Of a stretch of 31,826 nucleotides of DNA, positions 1 to 11,448 are shown one piece after another. Below the pieces are notes generated by a model that worked only from the letters and a program-made list of their open reading frames with translations, did not search any database and was not told the DNA's origin. Within the stretch, counting starts at the first letter, position 1. Each line of letters opens with the position of its first letter. The DNA lies in contig JAGDYQ010000025.1 in NCBI GenBank assembly GCA_021962125.1, positions 5,913,217 to 5,945,042 on the forward strand. Reading direction: 5' to 3'. Origin of the DNA: Bulinus truncatus (Eukaryota). Both the position numbers and the translations under genes were made by a program.

Positions 1-345
1 CTTAGACTTGATCGGTAGGCTAGGTTATTTTTTTCGTTTCGGGCAAATCCGATTTTTTCATGATTGTATCAACTGGTATACTGTTGTATTAATTCTTTAC
101 TTTCGATTTAACGCAGAACCTAAATCGCTATTATATTATTAGATTAAAACATATACTGCAAGTTAAATAGTATAGCGCTATAGAGAGAACAACCATCACT
201 TAAATGTGGGTTGTTGTTTTTGTTCGTTCACTATCGACTATATACTACACAATAACAAATAAGACTGTCACGCAACAAAGAATAGATCTAAACTCTACAT
301 CTAACATTTTAATGAATTACAAACTTGACGCCATCCCATCTCCAG

Positions 346-479
346 ACATTACGTAGCACCAGAAACATCTTCATCCTGAACCTGTCCGTCTGTGACGTCA
401 TTATGTGTTCTGTCTGTATGCCATTCTCTCTGGTGAAGTTGACCCTCAAGAAGTGGACCATGGGACTGGTCATGTGTAG
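346..479 (+). CDS. GPCR exon (TM2 to start of TM3) of an NPY/NPF-type class-A receptor. Phase 0 start, ends with 2 extra bases before GTAAGT.
   Basis: Translation TLRSTRNIFILNLSVCDVIMCSVCMPFSLVKLTLKKWTMGLVMC(R). It matches the NPY-receptor TM2 pattern N-I-x-I-x-NL-S-x-x-D, the LPF motif and the conserved Cys at the start of TM3. A pyrimidine-rich acceptor ccatcccatctccag lies at 331-345 and a donor gtaagt at 480-485. The frame is closed upstream by TGA at 313-315. Confidence 0.7.
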
Positions 480-610
480 GTAAGTGACACTGATCTTATG
501 TACAGATAGATGACACTCCTGTAGCGGTCAAGTAGTGAACTAGGTGGCCTCGTGCTACATTGACCCCATCTACCTTTGTCCTACGTGGTGTCCTAACCAC
601 TGTACCTTGA

Positions 611-700
611 AATAGATTTGATGGGGCGTGTATTAAGTACAAATAGATTTGACAGGACGTGTATAAGTACAAATAGATTTGATAGGACGTAAATCAAATA
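611..700. repeat. Tandem repeat of about 29 bp with 3 copies (acaaatagatttgayaggacgtgtataagt).
   Basis: Direct repeat. Confidence 0.85.
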
Positions 701-1807
701 AAAATAGATTGGTTAAAAGTGCAAATTTTAAAAATGTTTAGTGCTCTGCGTCCTTATCATGTTATCTATGACGTATGTACTATAGGGCGGAGTGAAAAAA
801 ATTTTTGTTAATTTTTTATTCTAATAGCTCACAATGGTTGCCAAATAGTCAAAGTAGTTATGGCCTAAAATATCTTTTATGTAGTGTAACGTTTACCGGT
901 GCCCCAAAGACCTTCAAATTTTAAAGGATACAAACTGTAAAGCATTATAACAATTTTGAATGAAATCAACATCTCAATAGTGATATTCGTAATGTTAATG
1001 TGTAAATATGAACTGCTGAACTAAATTATGTTTATGAATTATCAATTTAACAATTTACAATATAAGTCAGGATCGTCGATTTTTTTTAAGGCAGGAGACA
1101 AATAACGTGTTAGGAAGATGGTCTTCCTCAAGTGCCTGTCACCATCTTTGCACTACGGTTTTGTTTTAATGTCAAACCAAACATGGCCATAAACCCTCAC
1201 AATATAAGTTGAAAGTTCTTGTAGCTCAATTAACTGAGACATCGTTGCAATATACAAACGGAGTATTCTGTTCGCCTTTGTCAACCAGCGTGCATGAGGC
1301 AATTTGCCAGAATTTTTTACAGAACTGCTCTGAGACAATCCAGAAATGACACCAATACTAATTATGCATAAAATAGTTGCCAACTAAAATGCTGACGGTG
1401 CATGGAACAACAAAGAACAAAATTACAGTTAAAATACTAAATGCGGGTATGACATACGATTTACTGGGCGTGTGGAGGGTGACCTTTTTTAACAGTTGAA
1501 GGTTGTTATTGTTATTTTTTGTTTAGATATGATAAATTACCACTTGTGGAATAAAAATAATGAAAAACAATTTTTAGTCATATACCTAATGTACAATTAT
1601 GTATATAGTTACATTACTTACTACTGAAAGTGATTTAACAGGTAGACAGTTTGAGGTTAGGGGTTAGAGACTCCTGTCCCCTTAGTTACATAAGGTATAC
1701 ACGCCCCTCCTCCCATAACCATGGCTGCTTTGTAATGGTGGGTGATGTAAAAAGACTAGTACATGTACTTTTAATAACCGTCTAAAAGTGAAGACAGTAT
1801 CAGTGTA

Positions 1808-2140
1808 ATGCCAACTGAAAGAAGAAATATCCCATCCTTACAGGGACCTCACAGCACAAAAACAATTGAAAGAAGAAATATCCCATCCTTTCAGGGACCT
1901 CACAGCGCAAAAACAATTGAAAGAAGAAATATCCCATCCTTACAGGGACCTCACAGCACAAAAACAATTGAAAGAAGAAATATCCCATCCTTACAGGGAC
2001 CTCACAGCACAAAAACAATTGAAAGAAGAAATATCCCATCCTTACAGGGACCTCACAGCACAAAAACAATTGAAAGAAGAAATATCCCATCCTTACAGGG
2101 ACCTCACAGCACAAAAACAATTGAAAGAAAAACTTCATGA
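1808..2140. repeat. 57-bp minisatellite with about 6 copies (unit gaaagaagaaatatcccatccttacagggacctcacagcacaaaaacaatt...).
   Basis: Perfect or near-perfect periodicity. The ORFs on both strands are repeat artefacts. Confidence 0.95.
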
Positions 2141-3424
2141 TAAATATGCAATAACGTTGATCGCGTTATTGTTTTTAGCAATTTTCATTCACTGTTGTCC
2201 TTTTACTTGAGGGTTGTCAATAATTTTGTAATTTAATAGCTTTATTTATTTTTGACTTGGAAAGTGTAACCAAAATACCGTGATTTTCGGGTAATAAATA
2301 CTCTTTTGAAGTTAAATGCCTGCCAGCTACAAAAATTAATTTTCATTTGATTGGGCCAACCAGAGTTTTCTTTTTACTTCTTTTTTACGAACAAGGAAGT
2401 TCGATGGAAATAGGAAATGAATAATAGATAGTTTATTTTTGGTTTTATTTCTAACAATATTATTTCAGTGTAAATTTTCTATCTATAATAAAAAAAATTC
2501 CATATTTTACAACAGAAATTCTTTATAAAATCACAAGTCAGAGAAACAATCTGCGTCTGTCCAGTAACGTGGGTTATCATACAAGAACATTGTTAGGTTA
2601 TCAGCAGCTGATGCAGTGGCGGATATAACGCAAGGGCGCACCTGCTGCACGCCCGGGGCTGGTGTGTGCACAAGGCTCCGCAGAAACCAGCATTACATTT
2701 GTTTCTCTACTCCCCATCATACTATTTAGTTTAAGGGGGCCCAATATCTTCTTCTGCGCCGGGAACCCCAAAAGAACCTTAATCCGAATATGAGTTTGAG
2801 TGTTTAGACTTTCCTTCATTATTGGCACATTTATTGTGAAGTGTCATTATTAAATACAACTATATCTTTACCCTGATTTCAACTGTAACTATCAAGATGA
2901 TGCTTCCAATAAATGAATTATTCTTTTTCAAATGACTTCATGGGTTGAAAGAATTCGCCAAATGTCTCTACAGTAAATCTAGCTATCAATACTACTGGGA
3001 TTCTAGTAGCAAAGCAAAGCCTTGTCTGCATCCAACTGTAGCTGATGTTTATAAGCAACATAAACACTATGGAAGACATATATAAATGTTGTCACCATTG
3101 CTCGAACTAATAGCCTACACATATATCTTTAGACATTAATATTATTATTCTATATTTTTTGTCAAATGTAACCAATCCAGTGGAACCACGCACATTGAAC
3201 GCAATTTGCTGCGGCTGTTCGTTTGTTCTGTCGATTAGCTGGATGTTCGTTTTAAGAAACACAATTTCCAACAAACTTTTATAGGAAATTACGTCTTCTT
3301 TTCTGGATAGCTCCATAATATATATAAAGGAAACATGACAGCACTGTCAAAGGGCAAAGCAAAATAGTAAAATATTTACCAAAACAGTGAAAACTATTAG
3401 CTGATGATCAGATGAGATGGAAAT

Positions 3425-3600
3425 ATAATGAGGAAAGCACACAGACACACACAGAGACACAGATAGACACGCACAGAGACATAGACAGACACACAAAGAC
3501 ACATACCAACACACACGGAGACACAGACAGACACACAAACACAGAGACACACACAGACACACACAAAAAGACACAGACAGACACTCCCAGAGACACAAAC
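3425..3600. repeat. Imperfect (CA)n/(CAGA)n purine-pyrimidine microsatellite.
   Basis: cacacagagacacagacagacacac... The ORFs on both strands here are artefacts. Confidence 0.9.
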
Positions 3601-4033
3601 ATTAAGAACAAGTGAAATGTTTCAATCCGGTTTTATTTTTTAAAGTCAGAGCTGGAATTTGTACCTTTCCAGTTAAAGCAGAAAGTGCTGACCAGATGGA
3701 ACGGACATCCCACTGACAACCCTTTTCTTGGGATCCATTTTAATTGGGTTTCACATTTCACACAGACAACTGGAATAACAATTGCAACAAGAAGACAGTA
3801 CCTTTTATTTTGTTTAACTTGAATATTCAATATTGATATGTCTTCATCTGATCAGATCTTGCCAAATTCAGTTGTTGTTTTTTTGAAGGCGATGTTTCAA
3901 TATGTGGTGCGTTTGTCATGTGGAGCGTTCGTTATGTGGAGCGTTCGTTGTGCAAGTTGTTCGTTAAGTGAGGTACACTGTTTGGTCATAAATGATCACT
4001 TATGGCAGTCCAAATATTAATTCATCATTTTAG

Positions 4034-4235
4034 GATCATCACTGCCCTGGCTACTATTGATGTTTTGGTCTCAACGCTGACCATCATTGTTATTGCCGTA
4101 GACCGCTACTCCACCATTGTCCATACGTCCACGGTAACAACACGTCATGTCGTTTCAGCACTGGTCATTATCTGGACCCTGGCCATTGTATTGTCTACGC
4201 CACTGTTTTGTTTTCATAAGATTGATACTCAGGAG
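4034..4235 (+). CDS. GPCR exon (TM3 with the DRY motif through TM4). The first base completes the split codon AG|G.
   Basis: Translation (R)IITALATIDVLVSTLTIIVIAVDRYSTIVHTSTVTTRHVVSALVIIWTLAIVLSTPLFCFHKIDTQE. AVDRY corresponds to the E/DRY motif and the Trp in TM4 is present. Acceptor ttttag at 4028-4033 and donor gtaaat at 4236. The phase matches the upstream exon. Confidence 0.8.
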
Positions 4236-4377
4236 GTAAATAAATCTACAGATGCTGCAATGTTAGTTTTATGTGGAAAAGATGAATAATTTCTTAAACA
4301 TATTCTTTTTCTTAAAACAAAAGGCAGCAAGAACTTTTCCGTGTAACATTTGTATTATCTAAATTGATTTAAGTGTT

Positions 4378-4680
4378 GTTAGTTATAATCAAAATTCATT
4401 TGAGTGATGGTTTTTATTATCTTAATTCACTTGAGTGATTGTTTTATTATCTAAATTAACTTTGGTGATAGTATTCAATGTTTCTATATTAAAATCCAAC
4501 AAGATCATCTCTATCTTGTATTACCATGGTTCTATAGCAAGTGTAAATTATACTATATAAATCAAAATAATGCTTTAGTGTCCATCTTTATACTTCGACC
4601 TGTGGTCATTATCCTCATGATTTACTATACTTAGACCTGTGGTCATTATTCTCATGACTTACTATACTTAGATCTGGGTT
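4378..4680. repeat. Two short tandem arrays (roughly a 33-bp unit with 3 copies at 4378-4470 and a 43-bp unit with 2.5 copies at 4584-4680).
   Basis: ttattatctaaattcacttgagtgatggtt... and atacttagacctgtggtcattattctcatgacttact... Confidence 0.8.
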
Positions 4681-4950
4681 TTTATTTATTAACTTTTAAA
4701 AAAAAAATAGGAATAACGAAAACATTAAATATAGAACAATGCGTGACAAGAAGACAGAACAGGGTCAATCGACATCAGTAGAGACAGGACGAAGACAATC
4801 GATAAATGTATTTTTTATTTAGAATAAAACTTACAAATGTTTTAAAACTTAATACTTATATAAAACATTTTATTAAAAGTCGCTCATTTTTTTACGTATT
4901 TCGAAACGGAAATATTAAACTCAAAAAAAAATTAGATGTTTAGCATGCTT

Positions 4951-5075
4951 AAAGCTATCCTCAAATCAAAGCGAAGCGTTCCGCTGTGCTATTTCTCACG
5001 TGAGATTTTTCAAAGTGCGAAAAACCCTCGCTACACCTAAGCGAAGCGAACGTAGGCGTCAGCCGACCGGGTATA
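4951..5075. mobile_element. Solo left arm (about 125 bp) of the same MITE family, roughly 90% identical to 6329-6450.
   Basis: Direct comparison of aagctatcctcaaatcaaagcgaagcgttccgctgtgctatttctcacgtgag... with the 6329 copy. Confidence 0.6.
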
Positions 5076-5299
5076 GGGGAAGTTGGGGTAATAGCGGCCA
5101 CATTTTTATTGTCTAGTTTATTATTGTGACTGAAAGCATTATCAATGACAAACTGTGTTATACAAATAGCCCTATGGAACTATTACTATATACCAATAAC
5201 AGTTGGTTATGACTAGTCTACAACTGATGAAAAAAAATTTTTTTTGAAAAAAAATTTTGGCCTAATTTACCCCTATGCTCGGGGTAATTTCGTCATAGG

Positions 5300-5382
5300 T
5301 GGCCAGAATTTCTCCAATCTGAAAACACACATATGTAACATGGCCAGAATTTCTCCAATCTGAAAACACACATATGTAACAC
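5300..5382. repeat. 41-bp direct tandem duplication (ggccagaatttctccaatctgaaaacacacatatgtaaca, 2 copies).
   Basis: Direct repeat read from the sequence. Confidence 0.9.
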
Positions 5383-6315
5383 AAACAAATATCAGTAGGA
5401 AGTTTTACTTTTTCATTTTATTTGTCATGTTCTAAAATTTTATGAATCAGAATACTAAAAAATCTAATGGCAGTATACAGTTTGTCAAGGGCCCCTTTCG
5501 GGGTCCATGCGGTCGTTGTCTAAGAGCATGATCACCTACCGAGTTCTGGCCAGTATTTGTATTTGTCCCAGCCACGTGGTTCCACAGGACGCACACAACA
5601 CAACGAGAAAAGAGTACTCGACAAATGTAAATACAATACAACAGCAAATATTTATTTACATCAAAACAAGAATGAACATCAGCATGTCCTAAAAAGGGCA
5701 GTAGCTTTATCGGCTACTACACATAAATAGAAAAGTAAGCATTAAGACAGAATGGCCTTTACATGGGGCGGGTAGTTCTAAAAAGAACTCAGAACTGAGG
5801 TGGTCGAACATCTAAGTCCTGCCACGCTAACAGCCTGTTTCCCACGCCCCGGCAAAGAAACAGGGGAGTGCCTAGATTTCATTAAAACCAACTCAAAGAA
5901 TGTGACACAGTTGTATTATAAAAAAAATTGTTTCAGTCACAAAGTGAAGTTTTTTTGTTTTCTGTCTTTACCAGCACAGTTTGTGTGAGCCCACTACTGG
6001 CATACCTCGCATTTAATCCAGGGCTCTGAAGAAACTGACCATAATTCAGTTGGCCGAATTTACCCCTTAAACTCTGGCTTTTATTACCCCGTAACAAGGA
6101 GAGTGACATTTAGCGATTATTACGAAATAACTGGACAATATTGCCAATGAGCGATAACACAGACCTCATATGTATAAGATTTAATTTTTAATGCTACTTT
6201 ACCAACTCAAAATCTCGCGCCGTATAAAATAAAACTCTTCATTTTATGAAACAATAAAAAATACTCACTTTGCCCAAATTAGGATTTTGCTTTGTAAACA
6301 AGAAAAACTTTAATT

Positions 6316-7175
6316 TAATCTGATATAAAGCTTTCCTCTAACCAAAGCGAAGCGTACCGCTGTGCTATTTCTCACGTGAGATTTTTCAAAGCGCGAAAAT
6401 CCCTCGCTACACCTAAGCGAAGCGAACGTAGGCGTCAGCCGACCGGATATAATGATTTTTTTAATTTTCTTTTTGTTTATTTGAAGACGTCGGCAGACAT
6501 TTTCTTCTTATGATATATTTTCTACAGTTATGGTATTTTATAAGTAAAAAGTGAAAAAAAACACTTACTGTTTGGTATAATCTGATATAATTCAAGTTGC
6601 TATATATAAATGTAAGTCTTATTTGTTAATTTTAAGACATTTATATCAATTTTAACCTTGATTTTCATTTGAGTCGATGTTTCTAGGCAGCCATTTTGGA
6701 TTGTTTACACTCGCGAAACGCGAAAAAACTCTGAAAGAAGCGATGCCGCGAAATTTCTCTGCACCGCCGCGGAAATTCTACGCGGTTTGAGCATCTCCAT
6801 ATAAATACATTGCCGAGAAATAGGGGCGAATTTCGCGAGCTACCTAGATACGCGAAATTCGCTTTGGTTAGAGGAAAGCTTAATTCAAGTTGCTATATAT
6901 AAATGTAAGTCTTATTTGTTAATTTTAAGACATCTATATCAATTTTAACCTTGATTTTCATTTGAGTCGATGTTTCTAGGCAGCCATTTTGGATTGTTTA
7001 CACTCGCGAAACGCGAAAATACTCTGAAAGAAGCGATGCCGCGAAATTTCTCTGCACCGCCGCGGAAATTCTACGCGGTTTGAGCATCTCCATATAAATA
7101 CATTGCCGAGAAATAGGGGCGAATTTCGCGAGCTACCTAGATACGCGAAATTCGCTTTGGTTAGAGGAGAGCTTA
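6316..7175. mobile_element. MITE-like element with 22-bp TIRs (aagctttcctctaaccaaagcg). The ~293 bp right-hand unit is tandemly duplicated (6583-6882 and 6883-7175).
   Basis: The left end at 6329-6350 is the reverse complement of cgctttggttagaggaaagctt at 6861-6882 and again at 7154-7175 (this copy reads ...gagagctt). The element lies inside the first long GPCR intron. Confidence 0.6.
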
Positions 7176-7290
7176 ATTAAAACGCTTCCATTAATCAAAT
7201 TAAGTTGTTTTTTGTTTTTTTTGTTGTTTCTTTGTTCTTTGTTTTGCTTGTTTTTAAATACTGCTAGAACAAAATGGATTGTCTGTGCAG

Positions 7291-7439
7291 TATACTCATT
7301 ACTTGTTGCTTTTTTCGTTCACATGCCAGTTGTTCCAACACACCTTTGTTCAACAATGTATTGACCATTGGCCAGACGAGTTATTCCGAGAGATTTACAC
7401 AACAGCGGTAATGCTGATACAGTATTTAGCACCAACATT
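7291..7439 (+). CDS. GPCR exon (ECL2 with the conserved Cys, plus the N-terminal half of TM5). The 5' boundary is uncertain: an in-frame alternative acceptor exists at ...catgccag|ttg around 7326.
   Basis: Translation YTHYLLLFSFTCQLFQHTFVQQCIDHWPDELFREIYTTAVMLIQYLAPT. The stretch QQCIDHWPDE..YTTAVMLIQYLAP aligns with vertebrate NPY1R YVCFDQFPSD..YTTLLLVLQYFGP. Acceptor ctgtgcag at 7283-7290 and donor gtaagt at 7440. Confidence 0.75.
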
Positions 7440-7859
7440 GTAAGTTGATGATACACAGATTGAGAATGAAAGGTTTATCATACCAGTAATATCACATAAT
7501 AAAACCATTCTTAAGCTGTAAAGATGAAAATGTTATGCGTATTATTTTATCAGCTTACTACTTCTTATCTAAAATTAAAAGATTATCATCCTGTACGTAG
7601 TATTTAACATGTGTTAAATATCGTAAAATGTCATTTGTGCCATTGATTAATGGTGTTGTCAAAACCTTATAAATTTAAACGTAAGCACATTCGATTATCT
7701 AAAAAGTTTATAATGACGTCATTTTTATAAACAAACTCTAAACGCCAGCAGTGTCAGATGTCTCTATTATATACAATGGATAGTCGTCGTTTCAAATTTT
7801 ATAGATACATGTAACGGATTTTACCAGTCGAATGATATCAAGCAAAGAGACAAAACATG

Positions 7860-8045
7860 GCTAGCCTTAGGCCGATTTGACCGATTGCTCCAAATGGGGC
7901 ACATCGCCTGGCAGGGGCCCCGCTAATGATATTTAGCATATCACTATCAATCATGTTGTTGTAAACAACAATTAGCAGAGGGGGGGCCTCGCAAGCATCC
8001 GTTAAATTGGGCCCCCGCAATTAGAAAGGCCGGCCCTGCCTTTAG
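7860..8045. repeat. GC-rich nested imperfect palindrome (ggcaggggccccgctaat ... attagcagagggggggcc ... gggcccccgcaattagaaaggccggccctgcc).
   Basis: Inverted complementarity is visible in the sequence. It could be a hairpin or a degenerate MITE. Confidence 0.4.
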
Positions 8046-8622
8046 CACACATACTGAATTTTAATTAAGTAGAAGGCTTTAAACTTACAAAACCTATTGA
8101 GTAAAGATTGAAAAGAGATACTTATATCTTATTTACAAGTCATGTCACACTACCGTGTAGATAGATATAAAACACATTCACAGAGCACGTAATGCCATGC
8201 TACCAAGTAGAGAGACATTATTTATATTTACACTCAATAACGGAATGAATTATATCCCATTATTAAACACAACGTCGACTTACAATTATCAAAACTGAAT
8301 ATATGATAACAGTGAATCATCTGTTTAAGAAAGAACATTTAGAGATATAAAATAAATGGTAAAGTACTTTTAATGTAATTTAATAGACAATACAAGCTCA
8401 ACACTGATCTATTACTAATAAATATTTTAAAATGAACAATTAAAAGTACATGAATATAAATCATAACAATTATTAGATACACAGAAACACACGCTTTTTC
8501 CGTGGATATATAATACATTTTCTAAAGACACTAGACACCGGACTTAACGATCATTTTTTCTCCCTTTTTTTTAAATGCCAAACCGGCTTCAAGACAATTT
8601 ATCTATTTTTTTCATCTGCTAG

Positions 8623-8836
8623 TTTTATCTCGTTTCTTCACGCGAGAATCTGCAAGTTCTTACAATATCGTCTGGAAGAACGGCCAGGAAATGATACACA
8701 GATCCAGACAAAGGCAAAGGAAGACCTAAAGAGACACAGACGTAACATGGTCTTACTGACCGCCATGGCGCTAGTGTTCTCTGTCACCTGGCTTCCGCTT
8801 ACACTATTAAATATTACAGCAGATTTAGGGCATGAG
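8623..8836 (+). CDS. GPCR exon (end of TM5, ICL3 and TM6).
   Basis: Translation (F)FISFLHARICKFLQYRLEERPGNDTQIQTKAKEDLKRHRRNMVLLTAMALVFSVTWLPLTLLNITADLGHE. The motif F-x-x-x-WLP-x-x-x-x-N is the class-A TM6 CWxP equivalent and closely resembles NPY1R [32 protein letters not shown]. Acceptor tctgctag at 8615-8622 and donor gtgagt at 8837. Confidence 0.85.
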
Positions 8837-8869
8837 GTGAGTATAAACTCTATATAAAAGCTGATCTAA

Positions 8870-9200
8870 ACGTCCGATAATAGTTCTAAAAATAGATGAT
8901 TTACGATACAAGGTAATAGTTCTATAAAACATGATTTAAGATACCAGCTAATAGTTCTATAAAATATATGATATGATACCAGGTAACAGTTCTATATAAT
9001 AGATGATCTAAGATACCAGCTAATAGTTCTATAAAATATATGATAAGATACCAGGTAACAGTTCTATATAATAGATGATCTAAGATACCAGGTAACAGTT
9101 CTATATAATAGATGATCTAAGATACCAGGTAACAGTTCTATATAATAGATGATCTAAGATACCAGGTAACAGTTCTATATTATAGATGATCTAAGACACG
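8870..9200. repeat. 37-bp minisatellite (...ataccaggtaacagttctatataatagatgatctaag...) with about 8 copies, starting about 35 bp after the donor of GPCR exon 4.
   Basis: Tandem periodicity. Confidence 0.9.
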
Positions 9201-10098
9201 ATGAAATTTGATCTATGACTGGTTCTCAAACTTTTCAATTCTAGACCCACTAAGAAATCGTTTTTCAGTTTTGGCGGCCCGCCCGTGAAGAAAGAATAAA
9301 GAAATGTCCAGTACAGAAATTGTACACATTTTTCGCTGCCCACCTCAAATTAACTTGCGAGCCACCAGCGAATCGCGATCCACAATTACAAAACCACTGT
9401 ACCTATGATTTTAAAAAAGTGAATGTTAGCTCTATATAATAGTTCACCTTTGACATGGGGTGATGTCAAATAATATATGCCTTGTCATCTCATTTTCATC
9501 AGATTAAAGACTTGGGATAAATCATTATTGATTTGTTTATTACTAAGGCTGTTTATTTAGTGCCACTAACGTGAGATTAATACAACTATTTTAAGTTTGG
9601 TTCTTTTCTAGAAGAGTTTTAATAATAGGTGTTACTATAAATAGATCTGATCAAGTTAATAATTATTACCACACATCAGAACCACGAAGGAGGACTATGA
9701 CATGAACTGTCAACACATTCTAGAGTCCAGTCACTGATGTCAAACTACATGAAGACAGAGTCCCAGTCTTGGCTAAGTTAGCAATAAAATATGTAGCATC
9801 TCCTGGAACAAAGGTTTCTAGTCAACCTGTCAATGTCTGGGTTTGTCAATATTAAAAGAACATCACCTTAACAGACACATCAGAATAATTTAGTTTTTTT
9901 CAACTTCTGAATATATATTATTTAATAGATATGGTCAATGATAAACCAGTATCGACGATGAGGTTATAAGATGCCATTTTGTGTGTATTAGAGCTGTATC
10001 GATGATCCAGTTTAAAAAATGTTATATTATTTTTTTTATAAAACTGTACTAATGATCAAATTTTAGTTTCATTGGTCAGCTGTTCATATATAAACTGT

Positions 10099-10102
<4 letters not shown>

Positions 10103-10172
<70 letters not shown>
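10103..10172. repeat. (TA)n microsatellite, about 34 units.
   Basis: Perfect dinucleotide run. Confidence 0.98.
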
Positions 10173-10175
<3 letters not shown>

Positions 10176-10996
10176 TTGTATATCTTTAAACAAATATTAA
10201 TAATAGATTTGTGTAAGTCTATTTTAAACAATAATGAAACTACTAGATGATGTAGGTATCTACTAGAACAAGTTGTTTGAGGGTGTATATTCGTACAAAA
10301 TTGGTTTTAATTTTTAAAACAATAAAAAAAAAATTGAAAGCTTCAACGAATTAAATTTTAAAAGCTAGCGAATAATGATAAAGAAAAACTGACTTTCAGA
10401 AATATCGTGATCTTAAGTCACGGTTTGAATTACATTCAAATAATGTTCTCATTTAGAGACACCATGTTGAAATAGAATTATATTAGCCGCGTCATTAGAT
10501 TGTGTTAAACTTGTTTTAATAACCTTAAAACAACAGCCAAATGGACGCTCAAAATAAACAAGAGTTCTTGACGACAAAATCTGTGCCAATGGGCGAGCAC
10601 GTTTCATTAGTTCAATACAGAACAGCCGTAGAAAATTTCACAATAACAGAAAACTTCAATTAATCTAAAAATGGGATAGGATAGAAAATATTAGCCTACA
10701 ATGGCTGCATTAACAAGAATCTTCACTGAAAACTAACAACTCCTACTCATGGGAAAACGATTTTTTTTTCCTTTCTAACGTCGACTCCATTAATCACCTT
10801 TCTTTCTCCCACACACTTAATTCCTTAGGGATTTTTTTTACCTCTTTTTTTTTTAACATGCCATATGCTCAATTTACATCTATAGAATTAACAATAGGAG
10901 TTTTAATTGCGATTGGTAAAATAAAACCTTTAAAATAAGCCTCTTATCTATTATATTAATCTTATGTAATGTGTGAATTAAAAGAATTACGTGCAA

Positions 10997-11110
10997 AGTA
11001 ATATTCTCGTTGTGTGTACAGTACACTTACGCTATTCTCTGTAATGTTCTCGTTGTGTGTACACATACGCTATACTCTGTAATGTTCTCGTTGTGTGTAC
11101 ACATACGTCA
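10997..11110. repeat. Tandem repeat of about 39 bp with 3 copies (gtaatgttctcgttgtgtgtacacatacgctatactct).
   Basis: Direct repeat. Confidence 0.85.
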
Positions 11111-11448
11111 TTTTATGTAATTCTACAGAGCCTTTCAAAGTTCGCATTTTTCTGGACTTTAAAAATAAATAGCACAGTCCTTTCTACTTTCAGAATTCTT
11201 CTATTTTCTTAATTCAACTTATTTAATATTGTTTTAGCTCAAATGTTTCTACGCTCAATTTATAACCTTTGCATCCTGAGGAAAATCAAGTGGTTTCAAT
11301 TGGTTAGAGAATCTAGTGTCTTTATCTCAGAATGGTCCCAATTAAAGGATACAAAAGTGCAATTAATTTGTTCCAAAAAAAAATAACACAACAGTCATGG
11401 AACATGGTTCAATATTTCATTGTGGATGCTGCAAAAATTAGTTGAAAA

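Noticed and set aside
1153-1383. Minus-strand 76-aa ORF, considered as the missing TM1 of the receptor
   Set aside because: It is on the wrong strand and lacks the GN..V / TM1 pattern. The TM1 exon must lie upstream of the window.
1800-2210. 110- to 114-aa ORFs on both strands
   Set aside because: These are translations of the 57-bp minisatellite with a 19-aa periodicity. They are not genes.
3347-3615. Cys- and His-rich ORFs of 67-83 aa
   Set aside because: They are artefacts of the (CA)n/(CAGA)n microsatellite.
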